Shown: piece after piece, positions 8,011 to 16,256 of the stretch
Layout: every line of letters starts with the position of its first letter
Position numbering within the stretch: position 1 is the stretch's first letter
Virus record (IMG/VR): IMGVR_UViG_3300032212_000053
Span: 1-40,594 of that record
DNA: 40,594 bases
DNA from: a virus
Taxonomy: Duplodnaviria > Caudoviricetes
Strand: one strand, 5' to 3'
Translations under genes and position numbers: made by a program
The notes under the pieces: model-generated
Databases searched by the model: none
The model's input: the letters and a program-made list of their open reading frames with translations, nothing else
Told to the model about the DNA's origin: nothing

Positions 8011-8341
8011 GTTATTCGATTATTGCGATTATTCGATTAATGACTTCCGTTAGAAGCTGTTGCAAATCGAGCAATAATCGAAAAATCATATGTCCATATC
8101 GTCAATAATCGGATTTTTTTTTGATTATTGTAAACGTCCCTGGATATGCTACAGGGCCTATTTTGGGCTGATTTTCGTCAATAATCGCAATAATCGAAAA
8201 AAAGTCCCCTATATATATTATATTTAATTTCCTAAAAATAGGGTCCTATATTATTGGTTTTTGTGATTATTGCGATTATTGGTTTATTTCGATTATTGTG
8301 ATTATTGTGATTATTTGATTATTATGATTATTTGATTATTA
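8011..8341. repeat. GATTATT/AATAATC iteron-like array; putative replication origin
   Basis: About 15 copies in both orientations, many at 8-9 bp spacing, next to an AT-rich tract. Confidence 0.75.
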
Positions 8342-8393
8342 ACTTCTAACTAAATAAAAACAATAACAAAGAAGGTTCGCTAACAATTATTAG

Positions 8394-8483
8394 CTATCCC
8401 TCGTTACGTCTCTCAATTAGCTCCTTTACAAAGAATACTAATGCAAAGAAGCACCCTAACGCTATAGCTTCACTTGTGCTCAT
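8394..8483 (-). CDS. Hydrophobic peptide, 29 aa (MSTSEAIALG...), not in ORF track
   Basis: AAGGAG SD; single TM helix. Confidence 0.5.
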   Translation of the reverse strand: MSTSEAIALGCFFALVFFVKELIERRNEG

Positions 8484-8724
8484 AATAGCTCCTTGCGAGA
8501 GAGTCCCAAACAACGTCTGACAATGCAAACATATGGAATGTAACCTTGCCTCCGCACATAATAGTTAATGTCAATGTCTCGTCACCTTCTTCAAAGAAGT
8601 CGTGCTCACAAGCAATCCAATAGTCGAACTTAATAGTCATGTTATGGTCTACTAGGCTTAGTTCACCGATTTGGCTATACTTTGAGGCTGTCTCTACTAA
8701 TGTTACAATGTCTTTGTACTTCAT
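8470..8724 (-). CDS. Early hypothetical protein, 84 aa
   Basis: GGAGG SD. Confidence 0.7.
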   Translation of the reverse strand: MKYKDIVTLVETASKYSQIGELSLVDHNMTIKFDYWIACEHDFFEEGDETLTLTIMCGGKVTFHMFALSDVVWDSLARSYYEHK

Positions 8725-8726
8725 AA

Positions 8727-8891
8727 TTAGTCCTCCACAATGTCATAGTCTTCACTACGACCTTCTTCATAACCCTCAAGTTGAGCTTTAGTTTGCTCAG
8801 GCTCTTCAGTATATATAATAGTTCTCCCGTCTGGGTACACTTCTATCTTAGTAAAGCTAGTGATGTCTAGCAATTCTGGTCCGATATTCAT
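8727..8891 (-). CDS. Early acidic protein, 54 aa (MNIGPELLD...), not in ORF track
   Basis: AAAGG SD; open frame. Confidence 0.6.
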   Translation of the reverse strand: MNIGPELLDITSFTKIEVYPDGRTIIYTEEPEQTKAQLEGYEEGRSEDYDIVED

Positions 8892-8960
8892 AGTAACAAC
8901 CTTTCAGAGTTAAAGACTCTATAGAACCCTAGAGTGAGCTAGAGCTCTAAGAACCTTAGC

Positions 8961-9404
8961 TTACGCTTCGGCACTTGAGTTGAATAAAGCCCAATCTTCT
9001 TTGAAGTTGTATGTGCTTGGAGCGTTGAGTGCTTCTTTAAGCTCTTTAGCTTCTTTAGCCATCTCTTGCGCTTTGTCCATGTCTCCATGTTCTACAAAGT
9101 ATGTCACTTGAGCATTACAACTCTTAATACGAGCATTCATTTTGTTCCATACACTAATGCTAGCTTTACAATAGCCTTTGCTTTTGCCCTTAGTCATGAC
9201 CATGTTCGCAACTGGCTCGTAACATTCGTGAAATCTACACCATGCTTCTACAACGTTGCCATCTTTGTCTAACTTCGGCGGATTTGCGCTAGTACTTCCC
9301 GACTTTGGCGCTAACAATAGCTCTAATGCTTCTTTTAAAGCCTTACTAGCTTTAGACTCTTCTAATAGTTTAGACACTTCTGCCCATGTTTGTGTTTTTG
9401 TCAT
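8961..9404 (-). CDS. Early hypothetical protein, 147 aa, paralogue of 419-886
   Basis: Aligns by eye with 419-886. Confidence 0.8.
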   Translation of the reverse strand: MTKTQTWAEVSKLLEESKASKALKEALELLLAPKSGSTSANPPKLDKDGNVVEAWCRFHECYEPVANMVMTKGKSKGYCKASISVWNKMNARIKSCNAQVTYFVEHGDMDKAQEMAKEAKELKEALNAPSTYNFKEDWALFNSSAEA

Positions 9405-9474
9405 AATAGACCCTTTTGTTTTGATTTACACTACTAAGAGTGTGTAGAACTATACTAATATAGCTCTCACACGC

Positions 9475-9729
9475 TTAATACTTCGCTAGACAAATCTCTA
9501 GACAACGATTCAACCATCTTAACATGTCTATTTGAAAGCTATCACTATTTAAGTGCACTTCACTAACTTCAAAGATATATTCGTCGAATGACATATTAAA
9601 TGGCATATCACTATCTAAACATTCGTGAATACTTTCCCAATCATGACCTATAGCTAACGTACTATAATCTTTATTAACAACTAGCTCTTGAGCTTCTAAA
9701 ATACTTTTATACATTGCACTATTCCACAT
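9475..9729 (-). CDS. Early hypothetical protein, 84 aa
   Basis: AAGGA SD. Confidence 0.7.
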   Translation of the reverse strand: MWNSAMYKSILEAQELVVNKDYSTLAIGHDWESIHECLDSDMPFNMSFDEYIFEVSEVHLNSDSFQIDMLRWLNRCLEICLAKY

Positions 9730-9793
9730 AGTTAATCCTTTATTTAGAGTTTAGTACTCTTTGCAGACCTCTAGGCAGAAGTCTGTAACAATA

Positions 9794-10018
9794 CTATACT
9801 TCTTCAACTATATCGTCGAAGCCTTCTCGCATAATATAATAGCCAAATTCATAAGCATGTTGCTCATCACTTTTCATTATATCTTTAATAAGCTCATAAA
9901 TGTCTAAATAGCTTTCGTTCGCATCAATACGTATTCGTACACTATCTTCTACTAATAAGTCGTCTTCATATTCATAGCTTATAAAAGCTGTATTTCTATC
10001 ATTATTATAACTATACAT
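9794..10018 (-). CDS. Early acidic protein, 74 aa
   Basis: GAGGA SD; D/E-rich. Confidence 0.7.
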   Translation of the reverse strand: MYSYNNDRNTAFISYEYEDDLLVEDSVRIRIDANESYLDIYELIKDIMKSDEQHAYEFGYYIMREGFDDIVEEV

Positions 10019-10129
10019 TATTTTAATCCTCTTAAGATATCTCTTGACACTAGTACACTGTAGCTCATCGCTATCACTATTATTATAGTATTCATGTTTT
10101 TATCTCGCTTTCGTTTTATTTATATTATA

Positions 10130-10325
10130 ATTATAACGAGTTAAACTTAAACGAATATTAGCTCGAAAGCTTTAATCGTTTTCATTTAATTCGTATATTA
10201 TAATTATATCATATAAACATTAAAGTTTTATTAAATTAATTAAAAAGATTTATTTAATTAATTTAAATGACTTTCATGCTTTTGATACTTATATTATAAT
10301 ATACGTTATATTAAAATTAAATTAA
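10130..10325 (-). promoter_or_regulatory. Three tandem early promoters (10130-10161, 10203-10234, 10293-10325)
   Basis: Each reads (T/C)TAAT..TTTAA..TATAAT on the minus strand. Confidence 0.7.
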
Positions 10326-10654
10326 AAAGAATTTAAATTTTGCTTAAATTAAAAAGTTAATTAATATAAAATGAAATATATATTTATATATGAGACGCGC
10401 GCGTATTAAAATAACAAGATATTATTAATATAAAATTAATAGAATGTATTAATTAGTATATTTAATATTAAATTAAGCTAACGAATTATAATATATTATA
10501 ATGTAAATATAATACAATATATTATAACGTCAATGACATACAACATAATATAATGCAAATATATTATAATATAATAAAACGCTAATAATATATAATATAA
10601 TAAAACGAATGATAATACAAATGAATTAAAACGTAATAAATTATTTACAAACGA

Positions 10655-10680
10655 GGGGGGGGTGGGAGGGTGTGGGCGGG
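10655..10680 (+). other. G-run cluster (potential G-quadruplex or packaging signal)
   Basis: G8-T-GGG-A-GGG-TGT-GGG-C-GGG at the edge of a very AT-rich tract. Confidence 0.6.
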
Positions 10681-10828
10681 CCGTCGTGCGCATACAAAGC
10701 TAGCGAAGAAATCCCACGAAAATTTCCACAGCTCCCTCAATTCAACTGAATAGCAACGAAGTCTAACACATACACCCAAGCAACCTTCTCCCACAAATAA
10801 CGAAAATCTAACGCATTACAACCCAGAT

Positions 10829-10860
10829 TTAATGTTATTTTAAACTATACATTATATAAT
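10829..10860 (+). promoter_or_regulatory. Promoter for the terminase operon
   Basis: TTAATGTTATTTTAAACTATACATTATATAAT. Confidence 0.7.
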
Positions 10861-10955
10861 ATACGAAATTTTAAGCTATCATCTGAAGATGCTAGCGCAA
10901 TTTATATCTGCATGCAGATAAAATCAACTCGCTTCTAAAGCATTGAAGGACACAT

Positions 10956-11588
10956 ATGACAGCAGCACAAAAGAAAATGCAAGAGCTTATGGCAGGTTCA
11001 ACACCAGCAGAAAGTAGCCCTGTAATTGAACCAGAAACACCTATATCCACGGAAGATTCGCTAGACAATATAGGTTACACCTACGACGGTATCACAGAGA
11101 TAGATTGCGAACCGATCGACTTCAGTGACCTAGGTAAGAAGTTGGAGACTGAGGAAGAGTTGGCTCCAGTGATTAAGAGTATTATCGAGCCGGAACCGGA
11201 GCCAGAGGAACCAAAGGATTTGTACGTTGATGCTCCAGTGGTTATAACGCCAGAGGAGATACCTGAACCGACAGAAGAGACGAAGGTACCAGCAGCGGTA
11301 GCGACAATACTGGATGCGACGCCGGTGGCTGCACCGAAGGAGCTTGAGCTAAGTGCTGATATTGTAAAGCTCCAGAGTGGTGCGATGCAGTTTAAGCTCA
11401 AGGCGATGGAGGTTGCACAAGACTTTATAGTTCATGATGCATCTCATAGCGAGGTTAAGGACCTTAAGGCGATGGTAGATATCGTTGCGACAATAGAGAA
11501 GAGTTATGAGGCACCACCTGAAGCACCGAAGGTAACAGTACAGGTTCAGATACAGTCGCTGATGGCAGGGTATGCAGATGACTGTTGA
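10956..11588 (+). CDS. Acidic Pro/Glu-rich protein; putative terminase small subunit (by position)
   Basis: Overlaps the TerL start; helical C-terminus; no diagnostic motif. Confidence 0.5.
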   Translation: MTAAQKKMQELMAGSTPAESSPVIEPETPISTEDSLDNIGYTYDGITEIDCEPIDFSDLGKKLETEEELAPVIKSIIEPEPEPEEPKDLYVDAPVVITPEEIPEPTEETKVPAAVATILDATPVAAPKELELSADIVKLQSGAMQFKLKAMEVAQDFIVHDASHSEVKDLKAMVDIVATIEKSYEAPPEAPKVTVQVQIQSLMAGYADDC

Positions 11589-13104
11589 GGAACCACTAGA
11601 GCTGACAGAGGAACAGCAGGACTTTATCAAGAATAAACTTAGCTCAAAGCTATGGCGTATGAACAACCTCTACAAGATTAGAGACAAGAGCGGTACGCTC
11701 GTAACATTGAAGCTCAATTCAGCGCAGAACAAAGTACTTACACTGTTCCGACACATTAGAAAGATTATTCTCAAGTCACGGCAGCAAGGTATATCAACAC
11801 TGTACCTAGCTTATAACCTAGATGATGTTCTGTTTAAGCCAGGTTATCAGGCTGGTATACAGTCTTACGGTTTGGATGAGTCGGATAAGCTGAGTAAGAG
11901 AGCTACACTGATGTGGGAGAAGCTGGACCCAATGGTTAAGGAACTTATGGGACTTAAGCTAGAGACGAACAACAGCAAAGGGATGAGCTTCAGCAATGGG
12001 GCCGTACTTAAGATAGGTAACTTCCGTGGTGATACACTCCAGAGTTTACACGTATCAGAGCTAGGTAAGATTGCGAAGAAATATCCAGAGAAAGCAAAAG
12101 AGCTTAAGACTGGGGCATTCCAGGCGGTATCGAAAGATAATAAGATTACAATTGAGTCGACAGCAGAAGGAACATCAGGGCTCTTCTACGAGATGTGGCA
12201 GAAGGCGGAACTACTTGCAGATGAAGGAAGAGAGCTGAGCCCACTAGACTTTCAAGCTATATTCCTCAGTTGGTTAGAAGACCCGGACTGTAACCTTGAT
12301 TTTGAGGTAACTATACCATCAGAGATAACTAAATACTTTACAGAACTAGAGAATCTATTAGATATCACTCTAACACAAACCCAAAAATGGTGGTATGCAG
12401 CAAAGTATGACGAGTTAGGTGAGGATATGACTCAGGAGTACCCATCAACAGCAGAGGAAGCATTCCAGGCAGCGAAAGATGGCGCATATTATGGTAAATA
12501 CTATAGAGATAATATAGTTAAGCGACAACGTCTCATTAAAGGTATATATGACCCTAACCTACCTGTTTATGTGGTGTACGATTTAGGTTATAATGATACA
12601 ATGGTAGCTATCTTCTTCCAACACTTCCATGATGGTGTAAGAATAATAGACGAATATCACGAGAATGGTGAAGCTATTAAGCACTATACGAAGATGATGG
12701 ACGATAAGAGAGCTAAACTAGGGTATAACATACAACAACCTATATATCTACCACATGATGCTGAGGTACATAGCTTAAATGATGGCAAATCACGTTCTGA
12801 GATATTCAGAGAAAACGGTTATCGCAATGAGGTACTACCTAAGATATCTATATATGAAGGGATAGAGCTTGTGAGAGACTGGACTGAGAATATGTGGATT
12901 GATGATAGCTTAAAGTATGTAAAAGACACATTCATTAACTATAGTAAAGAATGGGACGATAAATCAGGTACATGGAAGAAGTCACCGAAGCATGATGAAT
13001 ACTCGAATCCTGCTGATGCAATTAGATATATGTGTCAAGTGCTAAAAAGAGGGTTCAAAGCCAAGAAAAAGAAAAAGCGGAAAAAATCAGGATATGCAGT
13101 ATAG
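11572..13104 (+). CDS. terL: Terminase large subunit
   Basis: LKSRQQGIST Walker A, LHVSE Walker B, ESTAEG, YDLG nuclease, HD..S..ADA.RY. Confidence 0.95.
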   Translation: MQMTVEEPLELTEEQQDFIKNKLSSKLWRMNNLYKIRDKSGTLVTLKLNSAQNKVLTLFRHIRKIILKSRQQGISTLYLAYNLDDVLFKPGYQAGIQSYGLDESDKLSKRATLMWEKLDPMVKELMGLKLETNNSKGMSFSNGAVLKIGNFRGDTLQSLHVSELGKIAKKYPEKAKELKTGAFQAVSKDNKITIESTAEGTSGLFYEMWQKAELLADEGRELSPLDFQAIFLSWLEDPDCNLDFEVTIPSEITKYFTELENLLDITLTQTQKWWYAAKYDELGEDMTQEYPSTAEEAFQAAKDGAYYGKYYRDNIVKRQRLIKGIYDPNLPVYVVYDLGYNDTMVAIFFQHFHDGVRIIDEYHENGEAIKHYTKMMDDKRAKLGYNIQQPIYLPHDAEVHSLNDGKSRSEIFRENGYRNEVLPKISIYEGIELVRDWTENMWIDDSLKYVKDTFINYSKEWDDKSGTWKKSPKHDEYSNPADAIRYMCQVLKRGFKAKKKKKRKKSGYAV

Positions 13105-13105
13105 T

Positions 13106-13137
13106 TTAATATTCGTTTAAGCTTATCTCGATATAAT
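13106..13137 (+). promoter_or_regulatory. Promoter for the scaffold/capsid operon
   Basis: TTAATATTCGTTTAAGCTTATCTCGATATAAT. Confidence 0.8.
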
Positions 13138-13163
13138 AAACGCATATACATTAATATAAGGAC

Positions 13164-13907
13164 ATGAGAATGAGTAATCAAGGTAAAGCTGCTACTCCTA
13201 CTGATGACAAAGAGCTCAGCTATGAGCAACGTGTGCAAGCAGTTTTAGCAGAAACAAAAAGAGATGAGAAAGGTGGTTTAGTTCTCCCAGAGAATACACC
13301 GGAAGACATAGCTTATGCTGTTAAAACTAACATGCGCTACAGAGATACACAGGCTGCTTATACTAAAGCACAACAAGGTCTCAAAGCACAGGAAGCTACC
13401 AATTCTGCATTAACTGAAAAGTTAAGTGGTTTAGCTAGCAAGTCATTTTCAATAACTCAGGAACAGCGGGAAGAGCTAGAGGATTTGAAAGTAACTAACC
13501 CAGACGCTTGGAGAACTAAGCTTAACGAGTATGACCAGTTAGCTAATGCACAGATGCAACAGACTTTATCTGAGGTATCTGAAAAAGCAAAGGCCGTTTC
13601 TGAAGATGAGAGACGCCGTCTCCTGCTTAATGAATTCAATCAGCAGCACGGTATGATTATCACAGACGATGTGTTAACAAACGACGTTCCTCCGCGCTTT
13701 ACAAAAGCATTGGAGAACGGTGAGGTCACTTTTGAAGAGTTCTTAAGTAATGTGCAAACATACTTAGAAAAAGATAAAGTAGTAGGTGGTGGAGCTAAGG
13801 TTGACAATGAGAAACCAGACCTTGGTAAAGCCGGCGGAAGTACTAAACCACAGCAACAAGCTGTGGAAGGTAGTATTACCGAACAGTACGAAAAAGCAAT
13901 TTTTTAA
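13164..13907 (+). CDS. Capsid scaffolding protein (putative)
   Basis: Helical/coiled-coil protein directly upstream of the capsid gene. Confidence 0.7.
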   Translation: MRMSNQGKAATPTDDKELSYEQRVQAVLAETKRDEKGGLVLPENTPEDIAYAVKTNMRYRDTQAAYTKAQQGLKAQEATNSALTEKLSGLASKSFSITQEQREELEDLKVTNPDAWRTKLNEYDQLANAQMQQTLSEVSEKAKAVSEDERRRLLLNEFNQQHGMIITDDVLTNDVPPRFTKALENGEVTFEEFLSNVQTYLEKDKVVGGGAKVDNEKPDLGKAGGSTKPQQQAVEGSITEQYEKAIF

Positions 13908-13922
13908 AAAAAGGTATAACAC

Positions 13923-15044
13923 ATGGGTACAGCAGTTGTTATTGAAGGTTCAGATTTAGAACGTAAAGGTTGGATGGTCGAAGGACTTGTTCAAAAAGCT
14001 TCAGAATCTATTTTTGCTCCTTACACAGGTTCAACAAAAGACGCTATTGTTTATCAGGAAACTGATATTAGTGCAGATGCAGGCCACACTGTAGTTTTTG
14101 ATTTCGATGGTAACCTAACAGGTAAAGCCGTTAAAGGTAAAGAACAAGCAGAAGGTAAAGGTGAGACTAAACGTAAGTTCTCAGACAAAATTACAGTTGA
14201 AAAATATCGTCTTGTTGTAGACAATGGTGATAAGTTTGATGGTGTAAATATTGGTGATAAAACTATTAATGAGCATTCAGATTCTCGTAACGGTTTAGCA
14301 GATTTATATATTCGTTTCAAAGACCAAGGTCTTATTGATGCTGCTCAAGGTAATGTCGGTCAATCTCCTACTCATATTATTGATTTAGGTTCAACTTTTG
14401 ATGTAAACAGCGTAACTGATATTGTTTCTACACTTAAAACTGGTAAAGGTTTTGATACAGGTGCTACACGTCGTCCACCACCATTCTTCAAAACACAAGA
14501 CGGTAAGAAAATGTGGCTATTTGCAGCTGACACTTTCATGATTGCAAAGCTTCAAAAAGATGCTAGTTATCAATCACTTGTTTATAATGGTGACGTTCGT
14601 GGTAATAACAACCGTGCTATTGATGGTATTGTTGGTAAACTTGGTAACTTAATTATTGTTGAGTGGGATTCATTCTTTGGAGAAACTGCAAATGCTGCAG
14701 CAACTTGGGGATTAAATGACACTGAAATTGAAATCGCTGGTTTACGTCAGTACGATACAGTTAACAATGTTTGGACAGGTCAACCTGCTTTTGATGAAGC
14801 TTCAACATTACGTTCACGTGGTTTAATTCTTGGTTCTGGTGCATTACAATGTGCTATGGGTAAAATGCCTGACTACAAGATGGAAACACATGACTTTGGT
14901 GCTTATTCTGAATCAGCAGTTGAATTCTGGACTGACTACAAGAAAACAAATATGTCTCTTGAAAGTGGTGAAGATTACAAAATGGCTAAAGTAACAGGTA
15001 TCGACTGGTCTTGTATCGCAGTTGATTTAGTAGTTCAAGCGTAA
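13923..15044 (+). CDS. Major capsid protein (N4 gp56/DUF4043-like)
   Basis: 373 aa; strong codon bias; VKGKEQAEGKGE and RGLILG..AL segments; position. Confidence 0.85.
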   Translation: MGTAVVIEGSDLERKGWMVEGLVQKASESIFAPYTGSTKDAIVYQETDISADAGHTVVFDFDGNLTGKAVKGKEQAEGKGETKRKFSDKITVEKYRLVVDNGDKFDGVNIGDKTINEHSDSRNGLADLYIRFKDQGLIDAAQGNVGQSPTHIIDLGSTFDVNSVTDIVSTLKTGKGFDTGATRRPPPFFKTQDGKKMWLFAADTFMIAKLQKDASYQSLVYNGDVRGNNNRAIDGIVGKLGNLIIVEWDSFFGETANAAATWGLNDTEIEIAGLRQYDTVNNVWTGQPAFDEASTLRSRGLILGSGALQCAMGKMPDYKMETHDFGAYSESAVEFWTDYKKTNMSLESGEDYKMAKVTGIDWSCIAVDLVVQA

Positions 15045-15054
15045 AGGGTTCTGA

Positions 15055-15447
15055 ATGGCAGATTTAACTAAAATTGGTAAAAATAACCAAAAGAGAGAAG
15101 TAGTTGTAGCAGTATCGGAAACGACTGCTACTTCTGCTACTATGGATGATACACTATTTAACATTCCAGTTATCGGTGTATTAATTAAGAGCGTTACAGT
15201 AGTTGTTGAGACTGTTTCTGGCGCTGCAACATCTACTGTAGATGTTAAGATGGGAGCAACTGTTATTGCAAATGAAACAGCTGTAACTGCAACAGGCGCT
15301 GTAACAACGGCAGTAGACCAATACTTCGCAACAGGCGGGTCAATTTCAATTGTAGCTGGTGCAGTAGCTCCGGACGCAGCTGGTAGACTAAGAGTAATGG
15401 TTGAATATATCGAACTAGATACTACAAATGGTAACTATATCGGTTAA
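15055..15447 (+). CDS. Capsid decoration/cement protein (putative)
   Basis: Small T/A/V-rich beta protein between capsid gene and terminator. Confidence 0.6.
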   Translation: MADLTKIGKNNQKREVVVAVSETTATSATMDDTLFNIPVIGVLIKSVTVVVETVSGAATSTVDVKMGATVIANETAVTATGAVTTAVDQYFATGGSISIVAGAVAPDAAGRLRVMVEYIELDTTNGNYIG

Positions 15448-15454
15448 TTAATCT

Positions 15455-15477
15455 GACACTCTTCGGAGTGTCTCTTT
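15455..15477 (+). terminator. Intrinsic terminator after the capsid genes
   Basis: GACACTC-TTCG-GAGTGTC-TCTTT. Confidence 0.8.
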
Positions 15478-15497
15478 AAATAACTAAAGGACTTAAA

Positions 15498-16256
15498 ATG
15501 GCTACAACTGTTGCTTCTCTCTTAACTAAGGTACGACGTAGATTATCAGATGAAGATAAGCAGCGTTGGAATGATGATAGACTTCTAGAGTCTTTAAACG
15601 AAGGTATCACTGACATTGTAGCAGTTACCCAGATGGAACTTGAGAACATAAAGTTCGTTGCCATAGAAGAAGGTTTAGCTCTTTATGACTTATCTGACAT
15701 AGCTCTTAAAATTACAAGAGTTGAGTGGGATAGCCAAAAGATACCTGTTATTACTCACAATAACATGGATAGTATTAAGCCAGGTTGGTCGGAAGACATT
15801 GGTAGTCAAGTTGAAGCAGCTATCTATGATAGAAGTAGAGGTGGAGCAATTAAGCTTTATCCTATTCCCAGCTTCACAGGTACTCAAGCTATAGTTGATG
15901 CTCAGTATGGCACAGTTACCGCTATCTACGGTTCTTCAGTAATTACTTTAGAAGTTATTGACGGTATACCAACAGGTGCAAACCTCACAGAGTATATTAA
16001 AGTATACTTTATAGCTAGAGAAACTATTCCTTTAACTATTAATGACACTATACCTTTAGACACATTATGGGACCAAAGTCTTAGACACTATATAGCTTTC
16101 GATGCACTCCGAGATAACTTCGACGCACAAAGTAAACAAACAGCACAAGAGGAATATCAGCTGTATACTACTACACTTAGTCAAAGAATTAAGTTTAGAG
16201 ACTCGGACGATAGAACAAAAAGTAAAAGAAACACGACGTATAACAAGGCAATATAA
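15498..16256 (+). CDS. Head-tail adaptor / tail tubular protein A-like
   Basis: N-terminal VRRRLSD...RW.D..LL..LNEG pattern. Confidence 0.7.
   Translation: MATTVASLLTKVRRRLSDEDKQRWNDDRLLESLNEGITDIVAVTQMELENIKFVAIEEGLALYDLSDIALKITRVEWDSQKIPVITHNNMDSIKPGWSEDIGSQVEAAIYDRSRGGAIKLYPIPSFTGTQAIVDAQYGTVTAIYGSSVITLEVIDGIPTGANLTEYIKVYFIARETIPLTINDTIPLDTLWDQSLRHYIAFDALRDNFDAQSKQTAQEEYQLYTTTLSQRIKFRDSDDRTKSKRNTTYNKAI

Noticed and set aside
8011-8341. CRISPR array
   Set aside because: 7-9 bp repeats in both orientations, no unique spacers, no cas genes
10496-10693. 65-aa hydrophobic ORF
   Set aside because: Low-complexity translation of the AT-rich control region
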